From Thermoanaerobaculia bacterium (GTDB lineage Bacteria; Acidobacteriota; Thermoanaerobaculia; Multivoradales; Multivoraceae), in NCBI GenBank assembly GCA_965116145.1, contig OZ220482.1, positions 1,729,450 through 1,793,449 of the forward strand: DNA of 64,000 nucleotides. The letters run 5' to 3'. Made by a program: the position numbers and the translations under genes. Numbering within the stretch: the first letter of the stretch is position 1; each line of letters begins with the position of its first letter. The notes below the pieces were generated by a model, which saw only the letters and a list, made by a program, of their open reading frames with translations, ran no database searches and was not told where the DNA came from. Below, piece by piece: positions 1-10,900 of the stretch.

Positions 1-146
1 ATGTCCGGTGTCGCGCTCGAACTCCGCCGCCAGCGACCCCACCGCCTCCGCCCCGTTCGCCGCCGCCGCCACCGTCGCCTCTCCGGCAAAGGCGCCGGCG
101 GCGGCAAGGGCAAGCAGTCCGTGGCAAAGGCCTTGCAGCACTGCCC

Positions 147-1928
147 TCAACCGGCGGCCGCCTGCGCCGTGCGCCGCGGGTCGCCGCAGGCGACGGCGGC
201 GCCGTCGGCCTCGATCAGAACCCCCTCGAACGAACCGCATAGCCAGTTCCAGGGGTTCACCAACTCGACCGCGGCGCCGGTCTCGCGCAGAAGGTCCGCC
301 GGAGCGCCTGCCAGATCGGCTTCGACGATCAGCGCACCGGGAACGTTCATCGATGTGCCGCCGAACCGCGGCTTGTGGACCGAGCTCTCGAGGTCGAGGC
401 CGAAGTCGAGCAGGTTCGTCGTGTTCTGGACGATGTTCTCGGTCAGGGACACGCTCGGCGAGCCGGAGGCCAGCACCGGGCGGCCGTCCCGGGTGAAGAT
501 GTTCGGGCAGATGCGGGCGTGGGCGCGTCCGCCCGGTTCGACCGGACCGGAGCCGAGGTGGACGCCGGAGGCGCAGGCATAGACGCCGTCGACGTAGATG
601 CCGGTCCGGAACGGCATCGACATGACCGAGTGCAGCACGGTGGCGACGTTGCCTTCGGCGTCGACCACCGTGACGTGGTTCGAGCCCGGCGGAGGCGGCA
701 CGACGCCCAGCGCCTCGAAGCGGTCGTACGGACTGGCCGGCCTGCCGCCGAGCGCCGCGAACCGCTCGGCGGCGTACTCCTTGGAGATCGCCCGCTCGAC
801 GTCTGGCAGCGTGCCGTCGAAACGGCCTCCGATCGCGTCGGCGTAGACCCGGCCGATGATCTGCATCATCCTGAGACTCGTCTCGCCGGACTCGAACGCC
901 GGACCGGTCTGCTGCAGATCGAGCAGCTCGACCATGTTCATGATCTCGACCAGGGCCTGGCCGCCGAAGTCGGGCGCCGGCGAGCCGACCACGCCGTAGC
1001 CGCGGTAAGTGCCCTGGACCGGTTCGTCCCAGGACGCCTCGTAGGCCGCCATGTCCGCCGGCGTGATCAGGCCGCCCCGGGCCTGGACCGTCTCCGCGTA
1101 GCGGCGGCCGAACTCGCCTCGGTAGAAGTGGTCGCCGCCTTCTTCGGCGAGCCGTTCCAGGGTGTCCGCGAGCTCGCTCTGAACGAGCATCTCGCCGATG
1201 TCACGCAGCGTCCTGCCCTTGAAGTAGATCTCCCGGCTGAACGGCTCCCGGCCCAGCACCGCCGCCTCGACGAACATCTCGCCCCACAGGAAGGGGTGGA
1301 TCTCGAAGCCATGGCGGGCGTAGTGGATTGCCGGCGCCATGACGGTCGCCCGCGGCAGCCGGCCGTGGCGGTCGTGCCCGGCCTCGAAGCCGCCCCAGAA
1401 GCCCGGCACGAAGCACAGGGTGCCGTCCGTCTTCGCCATCAGCGCACCGAACGCCGCCGGGTCCATTGCCCGCACGTCCGGCACTGCCTGCGGCGCCGCC
1501 ATCATCCCGTTCACGTAGCTGTACTCACCCGAGGCGGCGTCGTAACAGAGCATCGACAGACAGCCCGAGAGGGTCGTCATGTGCGGCTCGACCACGGCCT
1601 GCGCCATGCTGGCCGCGAGCACGCCGTCGCAGGCGTTGCCGCCCATGGCGAGCATGTCGGCGGCGGCAGCGGAGGCCAGCGGATGGGTGCAGACCGCAAT
1701 CCCCGACCTGCTCCGGACCGCCTGCTTGGGCCCGAAGCGCGCCGTCGCCACGAGCGCCCTGCGCCGCTCCTCGCCCGGCGGCGTCCAGCCGTTCAGCGCC
1801 GCCGCCGGCGGGTCCGAGGGCGCCGATCCCGTACCGCAGCCCATCGCCATCGCCGCACCCCCGGCCGCCGCCAGCAGGGCCCGGCGATCCAGTGTCAGGT
1901 CCGGCGCTTCCTCCACATTCCTGCCCAT
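147..1928 (-). CDS. ggt: gamma-glutamyltransferase (Tat-signal lipoprotein-like N-terminus)
   Basis: GGT-family sequence throughout. The twin-arginine motif LDRRALLAAAGG followed by a Cys suggests the start at the ATG ending at 1928 rather than the 2123 ORF start. Confidence 0.8.
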   Translation of the reverse strand: MGRNVEEAPDLTLDRRALLAAAGGAAMAMGCGTGSAPSDPPAAALNGWTPPGEERRRALVATARFGPKQAVRSRSGIAVCTHPLASAAAADMLAMGGNACDGVLAASMAQAVVEPHMTTLSGCLSMLCYDAASGEYSYVNGMMAAPQAVPDVRAMDPAAFGALMAKTDGTLCFVPGFWGGFEAGHDRHGRLPRATVMAPAIHYARHGFEIHPFLWGEMFVEAAVLGREPFSREIYFKGRTLRDIGEMLVQSELADTLERLAEEGGDHFYRGEFGRRYAETVQARGGLITPADMAAYEASWDEPVQGTYRGYGVVGSPAPDFGGQALVEIMNMVELLDLQQTGPAFESGETSLRMMQIIGRVYADAIGGRFDGTLPDVERAISKEYAAERFAALGGRPASPYDRFEALGVVPPPPGSNHVTVVDAEGNVATVLHSVMSMPFRTGIYVDGVYACASGVHLGSGPVEPGGRAHARICPNIFTRDGRPVLASGSPSVSLTENIVQNTTNLLDFGLDLESSVHKPRFGGTSMNVPGALIVEADLAGAPADLLRETGAAVELVNPWNWLCGSFEGVLIEADGAAVACGDPRRTAQAAAG

Positions 1929-2153
1929 CGCTGCTTGCCCTCCGTCGCGTGTGGTGGAGAGGTTACCCCGCACCGGACCGCCCCATCGACGAACGCCTCG
2001 CCGGCATCCGAGCCCGCGGCCGCGTACAGTCCGAGTCCGCCCGTCAGCCCTCCGCCTGCGGAGGAGAGGTTGCCTCGCGCAAGGCGGCTCCCGGCTGTAT
2101 GCTTGATTCAACATGTGCCCCATGTGGAGTCACTGGCAGCATGAGGGCAGACG

Positions 2154-2387
2154 ATGAGCACGACCGACACACTGCGAACGGCTGAGACCCTGCGCGAGGC
2201 CGGAGTGCCGGAACGGCAGGCCGCGGCGCACGCACGGGCGATCGACGAGGCCGTAGGCGACGGGCACAACGAACTCGCTACGCGCACCGACCTGGCAAGA
2301 CTGGAATCCCGCATCTACCGTGCCCTGCTGATTCAGACCGCCGCCATCGTCGGTGCAATGGTCGCCCTGATGCGGCTGATCCCGTAA
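2154..2387 (+). CDS. small DUF1640-like coiled-coil protein with C-terminal TM helix (paralog 1 of 4)
   Basis: 77 aa with a helical N-terminus (TLREAGVPERQAAAHARAIDEA), a conserved LATRTDLARLESRIY motif and a hydrophobic C-terminus. Paralogous to the ORFs at 11672, 13979 and 43964. Confidence 0.6.
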   Translation: MSTTDTLRTAETLREAGVPERQAAAHARAIDEAVGDGHNELATRTDLARLESRIYRALLIQTAAIVGAMVALMRLIP

Positions 2388-2700
2388 GCGCCCGTCGCAG
2401 TCCGAGCAGCCGCGGGCCTCGCGGACCTTGCCCATTCCGTCTGCGCTGTACGCCGGGCCTCTGTCGGTCCCTGGCCGTCCCGGAAGCAAGGAGCAGGGCC
2501 TGTAGCCGCGCCGAACCCGCGGGGTCGCCGCCATCCACGTCGCCCGGGCCGTCACCTTGGTAGACGGACACGGTCGCGAACGGAGAACAGGCCTGGAGCC
2601 GATGGACACCTGAACGTCGTTGATGCCACGACACGGACAAACAACGAGCGAATTTTGCGGATACCAGTTACAATCAGCCTTCTGATTCGAGGAGGCCGGG

Positions 2701-3975
2701 ATGCTCGTTGCGTTCGCCTTGACCAACAGTAGCTGCTTCCGGGACCGCCAGGAGCTCAGCATGGAGGCCGTCGGCGGCACCGGCGGCGCCTTCGCGTTCG
2801 ACTCGGGCGTGCGCTACGCGCCCCGGCTGAACCGGGTCGCGGCGATCTACGGCCCGAACGGCAGCGGCAAGTCCCGGTTGGTGGACGGCCTCACCTTCGC
2901 CCAGCACTTCGTCCTGGACTCGTCCAAGGGAAGGCAGGCCGGCGAGAAAATCCCCTGCGACCCCTTCCTGTTCCGGGAGGACACTCGCAAGAGCCCCAGC
3001 ACGTTCGACGTAGCCTTCGTCGAAGGCGGCACCCTGTACGAGTACGGGTTCGCCGTGGACTCGGAGCGCGTCCACCAGGAGTGGCTTCTGGCCTGCCCGC
3101 CGGGCGGGCGGATGCGCCGACTGCTGGACCGCTCCTTCGACGCCGACACTCGCGAGGAGCACTGGAAGTTCGGGCCTTCTGTCCGCGGCTCGAAGCAGCT
3201 CTGGCGCGAGAACACGAGACCCGACGCCCTGCTCGTGTCCACTGCCGCCCAGTTGAACAGCGAGACATTCGGGCCTGTGGTCGACTGGTTCGGCCGACTG
3301 CGCGTCCTTGGAACTGAGGGACCGCCACCGATCTACACGGCCAAGGCAATCAACGAGAACGACCGGATGAAGCGGAGCGTCCTGATGCTCATGAAGGAGG
3401 CCGACATCACCGTCGCCGACGTTGCGGTCGATGAAGCCAGTGATTCCCTGGAGGAGCTGAAGGACGAACTGCCTCCCAAGGTGTTCGCAAGGACGATCAA
3501 GCACTCTCCCACGTTCGACTGGCCCCGCGTCGGCTTCGTCCACGAGCCCCGGGACAGCGACTCTCAGCGGATCGACCTCGAGCGCGAATCGGACGGCACA
3601 CAGCGCTACTTCAGTCTTGCGTTTCCCTGGCTGGAAGTCCTGGCGAACAACCGAGTGCTGGTGGTCGACGAACTGGACCGCAGCCTCCATCCGCTGCTCG
3701 TCGCGTCCCTGATCCAGCGCTTCAACCGTGAACCGGAAGACAGCAGCTCCAGCCATGCTCAACTGATCGCGACGATGCACGACGTCACGCTCCTCCAGGA
3801 GACTCTGGATCGCGGACAGGTGTGGTTCACCGAGAAGGACCGGCAGACCGAGGCGGCAAGCCTCATCGCCCTCTCCGACTACCGCCCGCGCAAGAACGAG
3901 GCGCTCATGCGCGGCTACCTGGGCGGCAGATACGGCGCGATCCCCGTCGTCGTTCCGCCCGACGCACTTGACTGA
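2701..3975 (+). CDS. AAA_21-type ATPase (ABC-like NTPase), first gene of the defence operon
   Basis: Walker A YGPNGSGKS and Walker B-like VLVVDELDRSLHP are present. The SD sequence GAGGAGG lies upstream. The tail SDYRPRKNEALMRGYLGGRYG is typical of this ATPase family. Confidence 0.8.
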   Translation: MLVAFALTNSSCFRDRQELSMEAVGGTGGAFAFDSGVRYAPRLNRVAAIYGPNGSGKSRLVDGLTFAQHFVLDSSKGRQAGEKIPCDPFLFREDTRKSPSTFDVAFVEGGTLYEYGFAVDSERVHQEWLLACPPGGRMRRLLDRSFDADTREEHWKFGPSVRGSKQLWRENTRPDALLVSTAAQLNSETFGPVVDWFGRLRVLGTEGPPPIYTAKAINENDRMKRSVLMLMKEADITVADVAVDEASDSLEELKDELPPKVFARTIKHSPTFDWPRVGFVHEPRDSDSQRIDLERESDGTQRYFSLAFPWLEVLANNRVLVVDELDRSLHPLLVASLIQRFNREPEDSSSSHAQLIATMHDVTLLQETLDRGQVWFTEKDRQTEAASLIALSDYRPRKNEALMRGYLGGRYGAIPVVVPPDALD

Positions 3976-4199
3976 CCGAAGCCGCAAGCAGGCCAGGCAG
4001 TCGAGAACTGCAAACGGCTCGACCCGACACAACGAGCTCCCGCCACAGACGTATGGAGGCTCATCGAGCGGCTGCGCGATCTCCGCGAGCGAGACAAGGC
4101 CGGGTAGTGACCGGCGCCTCGCGCGAGGCGCCGGAGCAAGCCACGGGCACCACATCGCCCTGACCGCCGGGGCCGTACCGGGGCTGGTACGTTACGCCG

Positions 4200-7100
4200 A
4201 TGCGGCTTGAGGATCTTCAGCCCCGTTGCACGGTGCGCGGCGTGCATCCCGACGGGGCGGTGGAGGTCGTCAATGTCGAGTGGTTCGGGTCGGAGGCGGT
4301 CGAACTGACGTTCAAGGCGCCGGACGGGGGCGTCATGAACCAGCTTCTCTACCGCGACGACGAGGCCGGGCTGAAGCTGGTCGAGCGGGGGCGGGCGTGG
4401 TCCTTCGACGGGGATGGCGCCCTGTTCCGGCTGGTGTCGGAAGCGCAGCGCATCCGGCTCGCGCATCTGTTCGATCCGGTGCTGGCGGTGCATACGTCCG
4501 TGGTCGAGCCGCTGCCCCACCAGATCACGGCGGTCTACGAGGCGATGCTGCCGCGCCAGCCGCTCCGCTTCCTGCTCGCCGACGACCCGGGCGCCGGCAA
4601 GACGATCATGGCGGGACTGCTGATCAAGGAGCTGATGGCCCGCGGCGATCTCGAGCGCTGCCTGGTGGTCTGTCCGGGCGCCCTGGCCGAGCAGTGGCAG
4701 GACGAGCTCTACCGGCGGTTCCACCTGCCGTTCGAGATCCTGACGAACGACCGGCTGGACGCCGCGCGCACCCGCAACTGGTTCCTGGAAGCGAACCTGG
4801 TCATCGCCCGGTTGGACAAGCTGTCGCGCGACGACGACGTGCAGCAGAAGCTGCAGGCGCCCGGCGCCGAGTGGGACCTCGTCGTCTGCGACGAAGCGCA
4901 CAAGTTCTCGGCGACGTACTTCGGGCACGAGATCAAGTTCACGAAGCGCTACAGGCTGGGCCGGCTTCTCTCCGGCCTGACCCGCAACTTCCTGCTGATG
5001 ACGGCAACCCCTCACAACGGCAAGGAGGCGGATTTCCAGCTCTTCATGGCGCTGCTCGACGACGACCGGTTCGAGGGCCGCTTCCGCGACGGCGTGCACA
5101 CCGTGGATGTGTCCGACCTGATGCGGCGCATGGTCAAGGAACGGCTGCTCAGGTTCGACGGCAGGCCGCTCTTTCCCGAGCGCATCGCCTACACCGTCCC
5201 GTTCGAACTGTCCGACGAAGAAGCCCGTCTCTACGGGGAGGTCACGAGCTACGTCCGCGAGCAGTTCAATCGCGCCGAGGCGCTTGCCAACAGGAAGCGG
5301 ACGAGCGCCGTCGGTTTCGCCCTGACCATCCTGCAGCGGCGGCTGGCGTCCTCGCCGGAGGCCATCTACCGCTCCTTGCGGCGCCGGCGGGAACGGCTGG
5401 AAGGACGCCTGCGCGAACTCGAGGTCCTCCAGAAGGGCGGCCAGCACTCCCTGGTCGTTCAGTTCCTGGCGCCGGAACTCGACGAGGACGATGTCCAGGA
5501 TCTCGCCGACGCCCCGGAGGAGGAGATCGAGGACACCGAGGCGAAGGTCCTCGACCAGGCCACGGCCGCGCAGTCGATCGCCGAGCTGAGGGCCGAGATC
5601 GAGTCCCTGAAGCGACTCGAGGCGCTGGCGCTTGAAGTGCGCCGCGGCGGCCAGGACACGAAGTGGCGCGAACTTGCCAGCCTGCTGAACGAGATCTTCA
5701 GCCCCTCCGGCCGGGCCGACCGGATCGGAGAACGCACGACGCCCACCGGGACCGGTCCGGCGCCGCGGCCGGTCACGTCACCGGGGCAGAAACTCGTGCT
5801 GTTCACCGAGCACCGCGACACGCTGAGCTACCTGCACGAGCGGATCGGCACGCTGCTCGGCCGCGAAGGCTCGGTGGTCGTCATCCACGGCGGCATCGGC
5901 CGCGAGCAGCGCCTGGGCATCCAGGAGGCCTTCCTGTACGACCCGGAGGTCCAGGTGCTGCTGGCGACCGACGCCGCCGGTGAGGGCATCAACCTGCAAC
6001 GGGCGCATCTGATGGTCAACTACGACCTGCCGTGGAACCCGAACCGGCTGGAGCAGCGCTTCGGCCGCATTCACCGGATCGGCCAGCGGGAGGTCTGCCA
6101 TCTCTGGAATCTGGTCGCCAGGGAGACCCGGGAGGGCGATGTCTACCACCGGCTCCTGGAGAAGCTGAACCAGGCCCGCGAGGCGCTCGGAGGACAGGTC
6201 TTCGACGTGCTCGGCAAGCTGGAGTTCGAAGGCCGTCCGCTGCGGGAGCTGCTGCTGCGGGCCATCCGCTACGGCGAGCAGCCCGAGGTACGGGCCCGGC
6301 TCGACACCGCCGTCGACCATGCCCTGGACCACGGTGCGCTGCAGGAGCTGCTCGAAGACCGGCAGCTCGCGCACGACGCGATGGACGCCTCGCGCGTCCG
6401 GCGGGTCCGCGAGGACATGGAACGTGCCGAAGCACGCCGCCTGCAGCCGCACTACATCCGGTCCTTCTTCTTGGCCGCGTTCAGGCGGCTCGGCGGCAGA
6501 CTGCGCGAGCGGGAGCCGGGCCGCTTCGAGGTGACGAAGGTGCCGGCAGCCGTCCGCCGACGCAGCCGGCTGATAGGGACCGGCGCGCCGGTGCTGGGCC
6601 GCTACGAGCGGATCGCGTTCGAGAAACCGCTGGTGGCGCCGCAGGGCCAGCCGCTCGCCGACTTCTTCTGCCCCGGCCATCCCCTGCTGGACACGGTCAC
6701 CGATCTGACCCTCGAAGATCATCGCGGCCTGCTGCGGCGCGGCGCCGTCCTGGTCGACGAACGCGACCACGGCACGGCGCCGCGGGTGCTGTTTTCGATC
6801 GAGCACGCCCTGCAGGACGGCAACACCACCCGCAGCGGCGACCGGAAGGTCGTCTCCCGGCGCATGCTGTACGTGGAACTCGGCGCCGACGGCGATCCGC
6901 GCCACCTGCACTACGCGCCGTATCTCGACTACCGGCCGCTGACCGGCGACGAGCCGAGCGTCGACGACATCCTCGAGCGGCCCGAGTGCCGTTGGATCGA
7001 CCGCGGCCTCGAGCAGAAGGCGCAGGGGTACGCGGTCGCCAACGTCGTGCCCGAACATCTCAAGGAGGTGCGCGACGCGCGGCTCGACCTGCTCGCACGC

Positions 7101-7784
7101 ACCGAGGCGGCGGTCAAGGAGCGCCTGACCAAGGAGATCAGTCACTGGGACCACCGTGCCGCTCAGCTCAGGCTCGACGAAGAAGCCGGGAAGGCCGGCG
7201 CCCGACTCAACTCGGCCGAAGCGCGGCGACGGGCGGAGACCCTGAACGAGCGCCTCAGGAAGCGTCTGACCGAGCTGGAGCGGGATCGGCAGATCTCGCC
7301 CCGACCGCCGATCGTGCTCGGCGGCCTCCTGGTCGTCCCCCGCGGCCTGATCGACACGATGACGGGCGGAACCGGCTCCACCAACGCCGCCGCCGCCGCG
7401 ACCGACACCCAGGCGGCAGCCGCCGAAGCCCGCAACATCGTCATGGCAGCGGAGCGCCGGCTCGGCTTCGAACCCGTCGACCGGGAGTTCGAGAAGCTGG
7501 GCTACGACGTCGAGAGCCGGGACCCGGCCACCGGCAGGCTCCGGTTCATCGAAGTCAAGGGACGACGCAGCGACGCCCCGACGGTCACCGTCACCAGGAA
7601 CGAGATCCTGTATTCCCTGAACAAGCCGGACGACTTCATCCTCGCCATCGTCCTCTTCGACGACAGCGACAGCCCGCCGGTCCGCTACGTGCGGCAGCCG
7701 TTCGGGAAGGAACCCGACTTCGCGGCCGAGAGCGTCAACTACGCCCTGCGGGAACTCCTCGCACGGGCCGAGGACCCGAATTGA
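4200..7784 (+). CDS. SNF2-family helicase with C-terminal DUF3883 (restriction-endonuclease-like) domain
   Basis: SNF2 motifs are present: DDPGAGKT (I), DEAHKF (II), TATPHNG (III) and QRFGRIHRIGQ (VI). The C-terminus GYDVES...RFIEVKG...TRNE matches the DUF3883/NOV-C PD-(D/E)xK fold. Confidence 0.9.
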   Translation: MRLEDLQPRCTVRGVHPDGAVEVVNVEWFGSEAVELTFKAPDGGVMNQLLYRDDEAGLKLVERGRAWSFDGDGALFRLVSEAQRIRLAHLFDPVLAVHTSVVEPLPHQITAVYEAMLPRQPLRFLLADDPGAGKTIMAGLLIKELMARGDLERCLVVCPGALAEQWQDELYRRFHLPFEILTNDRLDAARTRNWFLEANLVIARLDKLSRDDDVQQKLQAPGAEWDLVVCDEAHKFSATYFGHEIKFTKRYRLGRLLSGLTRNFLLMTATPHNGKEADFQLFMALLDDDRFEGRFRDGVHTVDVSDLMRRMVKERLLRFDGRPLFPERIAYTVPFELSDEEARLYGEVTSYVREQFNRAEALANRKRTSAVGFALTILQRRLASSPEAIYRSLRRRRERLEGRLRELEVLQKGGQHSLVVQFLAPELDEDDVQDLADAPEEEIEDTEAKVLDQATAAQSIAELRAEIESLKRLEALALEVRRGGQDTKWRELASLLNEIFSPSGRADRIGERTTPTGTGPAPRPVTSPGQKLVLFTEHRDTLSYLHERIGTLLGREGSVVVIHGGIGREQRLGIQEAFLYDPEVQVLLATDAAGEGINLQRAHLMVNYDLPWNPNRLEQRFGRIHRIGQREVCHLWNLVARETREGDVYHRLLEKLNQAREALGGQVFDVLGKLEFEGRPLRELLLRAIRYGEQPEVRARLDTAVDHALDHGALQELLEDRQLAHDAMDASRVRRVREDMERAEARRLQPHYIRSFFLAAFRRLGGRLREREPGRFEVTKVPAAVRRRSRLIGTGAPVLGRYERIAFEKPLVAPQGQPLADFFCPGHPLLDTVTDLTLEDHRGLLRRGAVLVDERDHGTAPRVLFSIEHALQDGNTTRSGDRKVVSRRMLYVELGADGDPRHLHYAPYLDYRPLTGDEPSVDDILERPECRWIDRGLEQKAQGYAVANVVPEHLKEVRDARLDLLARTEAAVKERLTKEISHWDHRAAQLRLDEEAGKAGARLNSAEARRRAETLNERLRKRLTELERDRQISPRPPIVLGGLLVVPRGLIDTMTGGTGSTNAAAAATDTQAAAAEARNIVMAAERRLGFEPVDREFEKLGYDVESRDPATGRLRFIEVKGRRSDAPTVTVTRNEILYSLNKPDDFILAIVLFDDSDSPPVRYVRQPFGKEPDFAAESVNYALRELLARAEDPN

Positions 7785-7976
7785 CCGGTCGCGCCGCCGA
7801 TCGCCCTGCCGATCGCCCCGCCGGTCATCGCCGGACGGCGCCCTCCCCCGAGGCTCTCCCTGCCCGCAGTTCCCGGCGATCGGCGGCGGCGGCCGCGGAT
7901 TCGCCCGCTGTAGGATGCCCGGCGATGCCCCGACCGACGCACGGCAACCCCGGCCACTAGCTGGACCCGCGCCCCG

Positions 7977-10900
7977 ATGGCCGCAACGAATCACGAGCGC
8001 GTCGGCAAGGCGCTCGAGCTCCTGAGGGCAGGCCTGGCCCCCTTCGTCGACCGCGAGATGAAGCGCGCGGTCAGGAACGGACGGCTCGACCGCAGCGTCC
8101 TGGACTCCTTCAACGATCCCAGGCTGCATCAGCGCCCCCTGGTCGAATGGGACGCCGCGGCGTTGCTCAAGCTGATGTGGGACCACTGGAACAGCGTCTT
8201 CCGGGATGTCCTCGGGCCGGCCGAGCGCAGCTTCGTCGGCGAGCTGCGCGGGCACCGGAACCGCTGGGCGCACCAGGAGGCCTTCTCCGGCGACGACGCG
8301 TACCGAGCGCTCGACACGGCGGGCCGCCTGCTGACCGCGGTTGGCGCGACGAAGGAAGCGGCCGAGGTCGACCAGTCGAAGACGGAGCTTCTGCGGGAAC
8401 GTTACGACCAGCAGACGCGCAACCAGCGGCGGCGCCAGGCGACCCTCTCCATCAAGAGCACGGCGAGCCTCAAGCCGTGGCGGCAGGTCGTGACACCGCA
8501 CCGGGACGTGGCAAGCGGCGGCTACCAGCAGGCCGAGTTCGCCGCCGACCTGTGGCAGGCCTCGCACGGCGAAGGCGCCGAGGAGTACCGCGACCCGGCG
8601 GAGTTCTTCCGCCGCACCCACCTGACCGAGAGCCTCAGGCGGATGCTCGCCGGCGCCGCGCAGCGACTCGCCGGCCAGGGCGGCGATCCGGTCGTCCAGT
8701 TGCAGACGAACTTCGGCGGCGGCAAGACCCACTCGATGCTCGCTCTCTACCACCTGTGCTCGGGTGCGGCGTTCACCGAGCTGCCCGGTGTCGAGGACCT
8801 CATGCGGGAGAGCGGGGCGCCGGACCTGCCGGCGGTCAGGCGGGTCGTGCTGGTCGGCAATCGCATCTCGCCGGGGAATCCGGTGACCAAGGCGGACGGC
8901 ACGGTGGTGCGGACGCTCTGGGGCGAACTCGCCTGGCAGCTCGGCGGCGCCGAGGCTTTCGCCCGCATCGCGGCGGACGACCTGAACGCCACCAACCCCG
9001 GCGATGTCCTGCGGCAGCTTCTCGTCGAGTTCGGTCCCTGCCTGATCCTGATCGACGAATGGGTCGCCTATGCCCGCCAGCTTCACGACCAGGGCGACAT
9101 CCCCGGCGGCAGCTTCGAGACCCAGTTCACGTTCGCGCAGGCGCTGACCGAATCCGCCAAGGTAGCCGGCAACTGCCTGCTGGTGGTCAGCCTGCCGGCC
9201 TCCGACACCGCCAGCTCCCAGGCCGACGACGTCGAGGTCGGCGGTCAGCGCGGCCGCCAGGCTCTCAACCGGCTGCGCAACGTGATCGGGCGCATCGAAT
9301 CGTCCTGGCGCCCGGCCAGCGCGGAGGAGGGCTTCGAGATCGTGCGCCGGCGGCTGTTCGAGCCGTTCGCCGACCCGGAGAAGTTCCGGGACCGCGACGT
9401 TGTCGCCCGGGCGTTCGCCGACCTCTACCGGGACCGGTCTCACGAGTTTCCGCCGGACTGCCGGGACGCCGACTACGAGCAGCGGCTGAAGGCGGCCTAT
9501 CCGATCCACCCGGAGATCTTCGACCGCCTCTACTCGGACTGGTCGACCCTGGTGACGTTCCAGCGCACCCGCGGCGTGCTGCGACTGATGGCCGCGGTGA
9601 TCCACAGCCTCTGGCAGAAGGGCGACAGCAGCCCGCTCATCCTGCCGGCGAGCCTGTCGATCGACGACCCTCAGGTGCAGTTCGAGCTGACCCGCTACCT
9701 GCCTGCGCCCTGGGTGCCAGTGATCGAGAAGGACGTCGACGGCCCGCAGTCCCTGCCGCAGCAGATCGAGAGCGAAGTCACGAACCTGGGCAAGTACTCC
9801 GCCTGCCGACGAGTGGCCCGCACCGTGTATCTCGGTTCTGCTCCGAGCGCCGGCTCGGCACAGCGCGGACTCGAGGATCGCCGGATCAAGCTGGGCTGCG
9901 TCCTTCCCGGCGAGCCCCCCAGGGTCTTCGAGGACGCGCTGCGGCGGCTGGCGTCCCGCGCGACCCACCTCTACCAGGACGGCAGCCGCTACTGGTACGA
10001 CACGCGGCCGACCGTGACGAAGCTGGCCCAGGATCGCGCCGAGCAGCTTCGCCGCGAGCCGGACCAGGTGTCCCAGGCGATCGACGCGAACCTGCGCGCC
10101 GCCCTGCGCGAACGGGCCGGATTCAGCCGCATCCACATCGCGCCGCAGTCCGGCCACGACGTACCGGACGAACGCGATGTCCGTCTCGTCGTCCTCGGCG
10201 CCCGGCACGAGCACCGGCAGGAACCGGACTCCCCTGCCCAGGCCGCAGCAGCGGCCATCCTCGACTCCCGAGGCGCCTCGCCCCGGCTCTACCGCAACAC
10301 CCTCGTCTTCCTGGCGCCGGACCAGACGCGGCTGCAGGACCTCGAAGAGGCCGTCCGCCACCGCCTCGCGTGGGAGTCCATCCTCGCCGAGCGGGAGTCG
10401 CTGGATCTCTCGCCGCACCAGGTCAAGCAGGCGGATACCCAGCTCCAGGCAGCCGCCGAGTCCGTCAACGTCCGCCTGCCCGAGACCTACCGCTGGCTGC
10501 TCGTACCCGTCCAGGACGACCCGGCGGCGGCCGTGACCTGGAACGCCGCCCGACTCTCGGGCCACGCCGATCTCGCCGTCCGTGCCGCCAACCGCCTGAA
10601 GAGCGACGACCGGCTGGCCGCGGCGCTCTCCGGCACCCGGCTGCGGATGGAGCTCGACCGGATTCCGCTGTGGCGCGGTAACCACGTGCCGCTGCCGCAG
10701 CTCGTTGAGGACTTCGCGCAGTACCTCTACCTGCAGCGGCTGCAGAACCCGTCCGTGCTGCTGCGCGCGGTGGCGGACGGGGTCGGGCTGCTGACCTGGG
10801 AACAGGACGCCTTCGCCTGGGCCGACAGCTTCGACGAGACCGGCGGCGGCGCGGTGGCCTCCGGCAGTTCCAGCGGAGCCGGCGGCGCTGCCGTCGACGG

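Noticed and set aside
375-2144. 589-aa plus-strand ORF antisense to ggt
   Set aside because: No recognisable domains. The opposite strand encodes a convincing GGT with a Tat signal.
6032-10681. 642-aa and 844-aa alternate-frame plus-strand ORFs (6032..7960, 8147..10681)
   Set aside because: Frame-shifted shadows of the helicase and DUF499 genes. Their translations are dominated by Arg, Pro, Gly and Ala.
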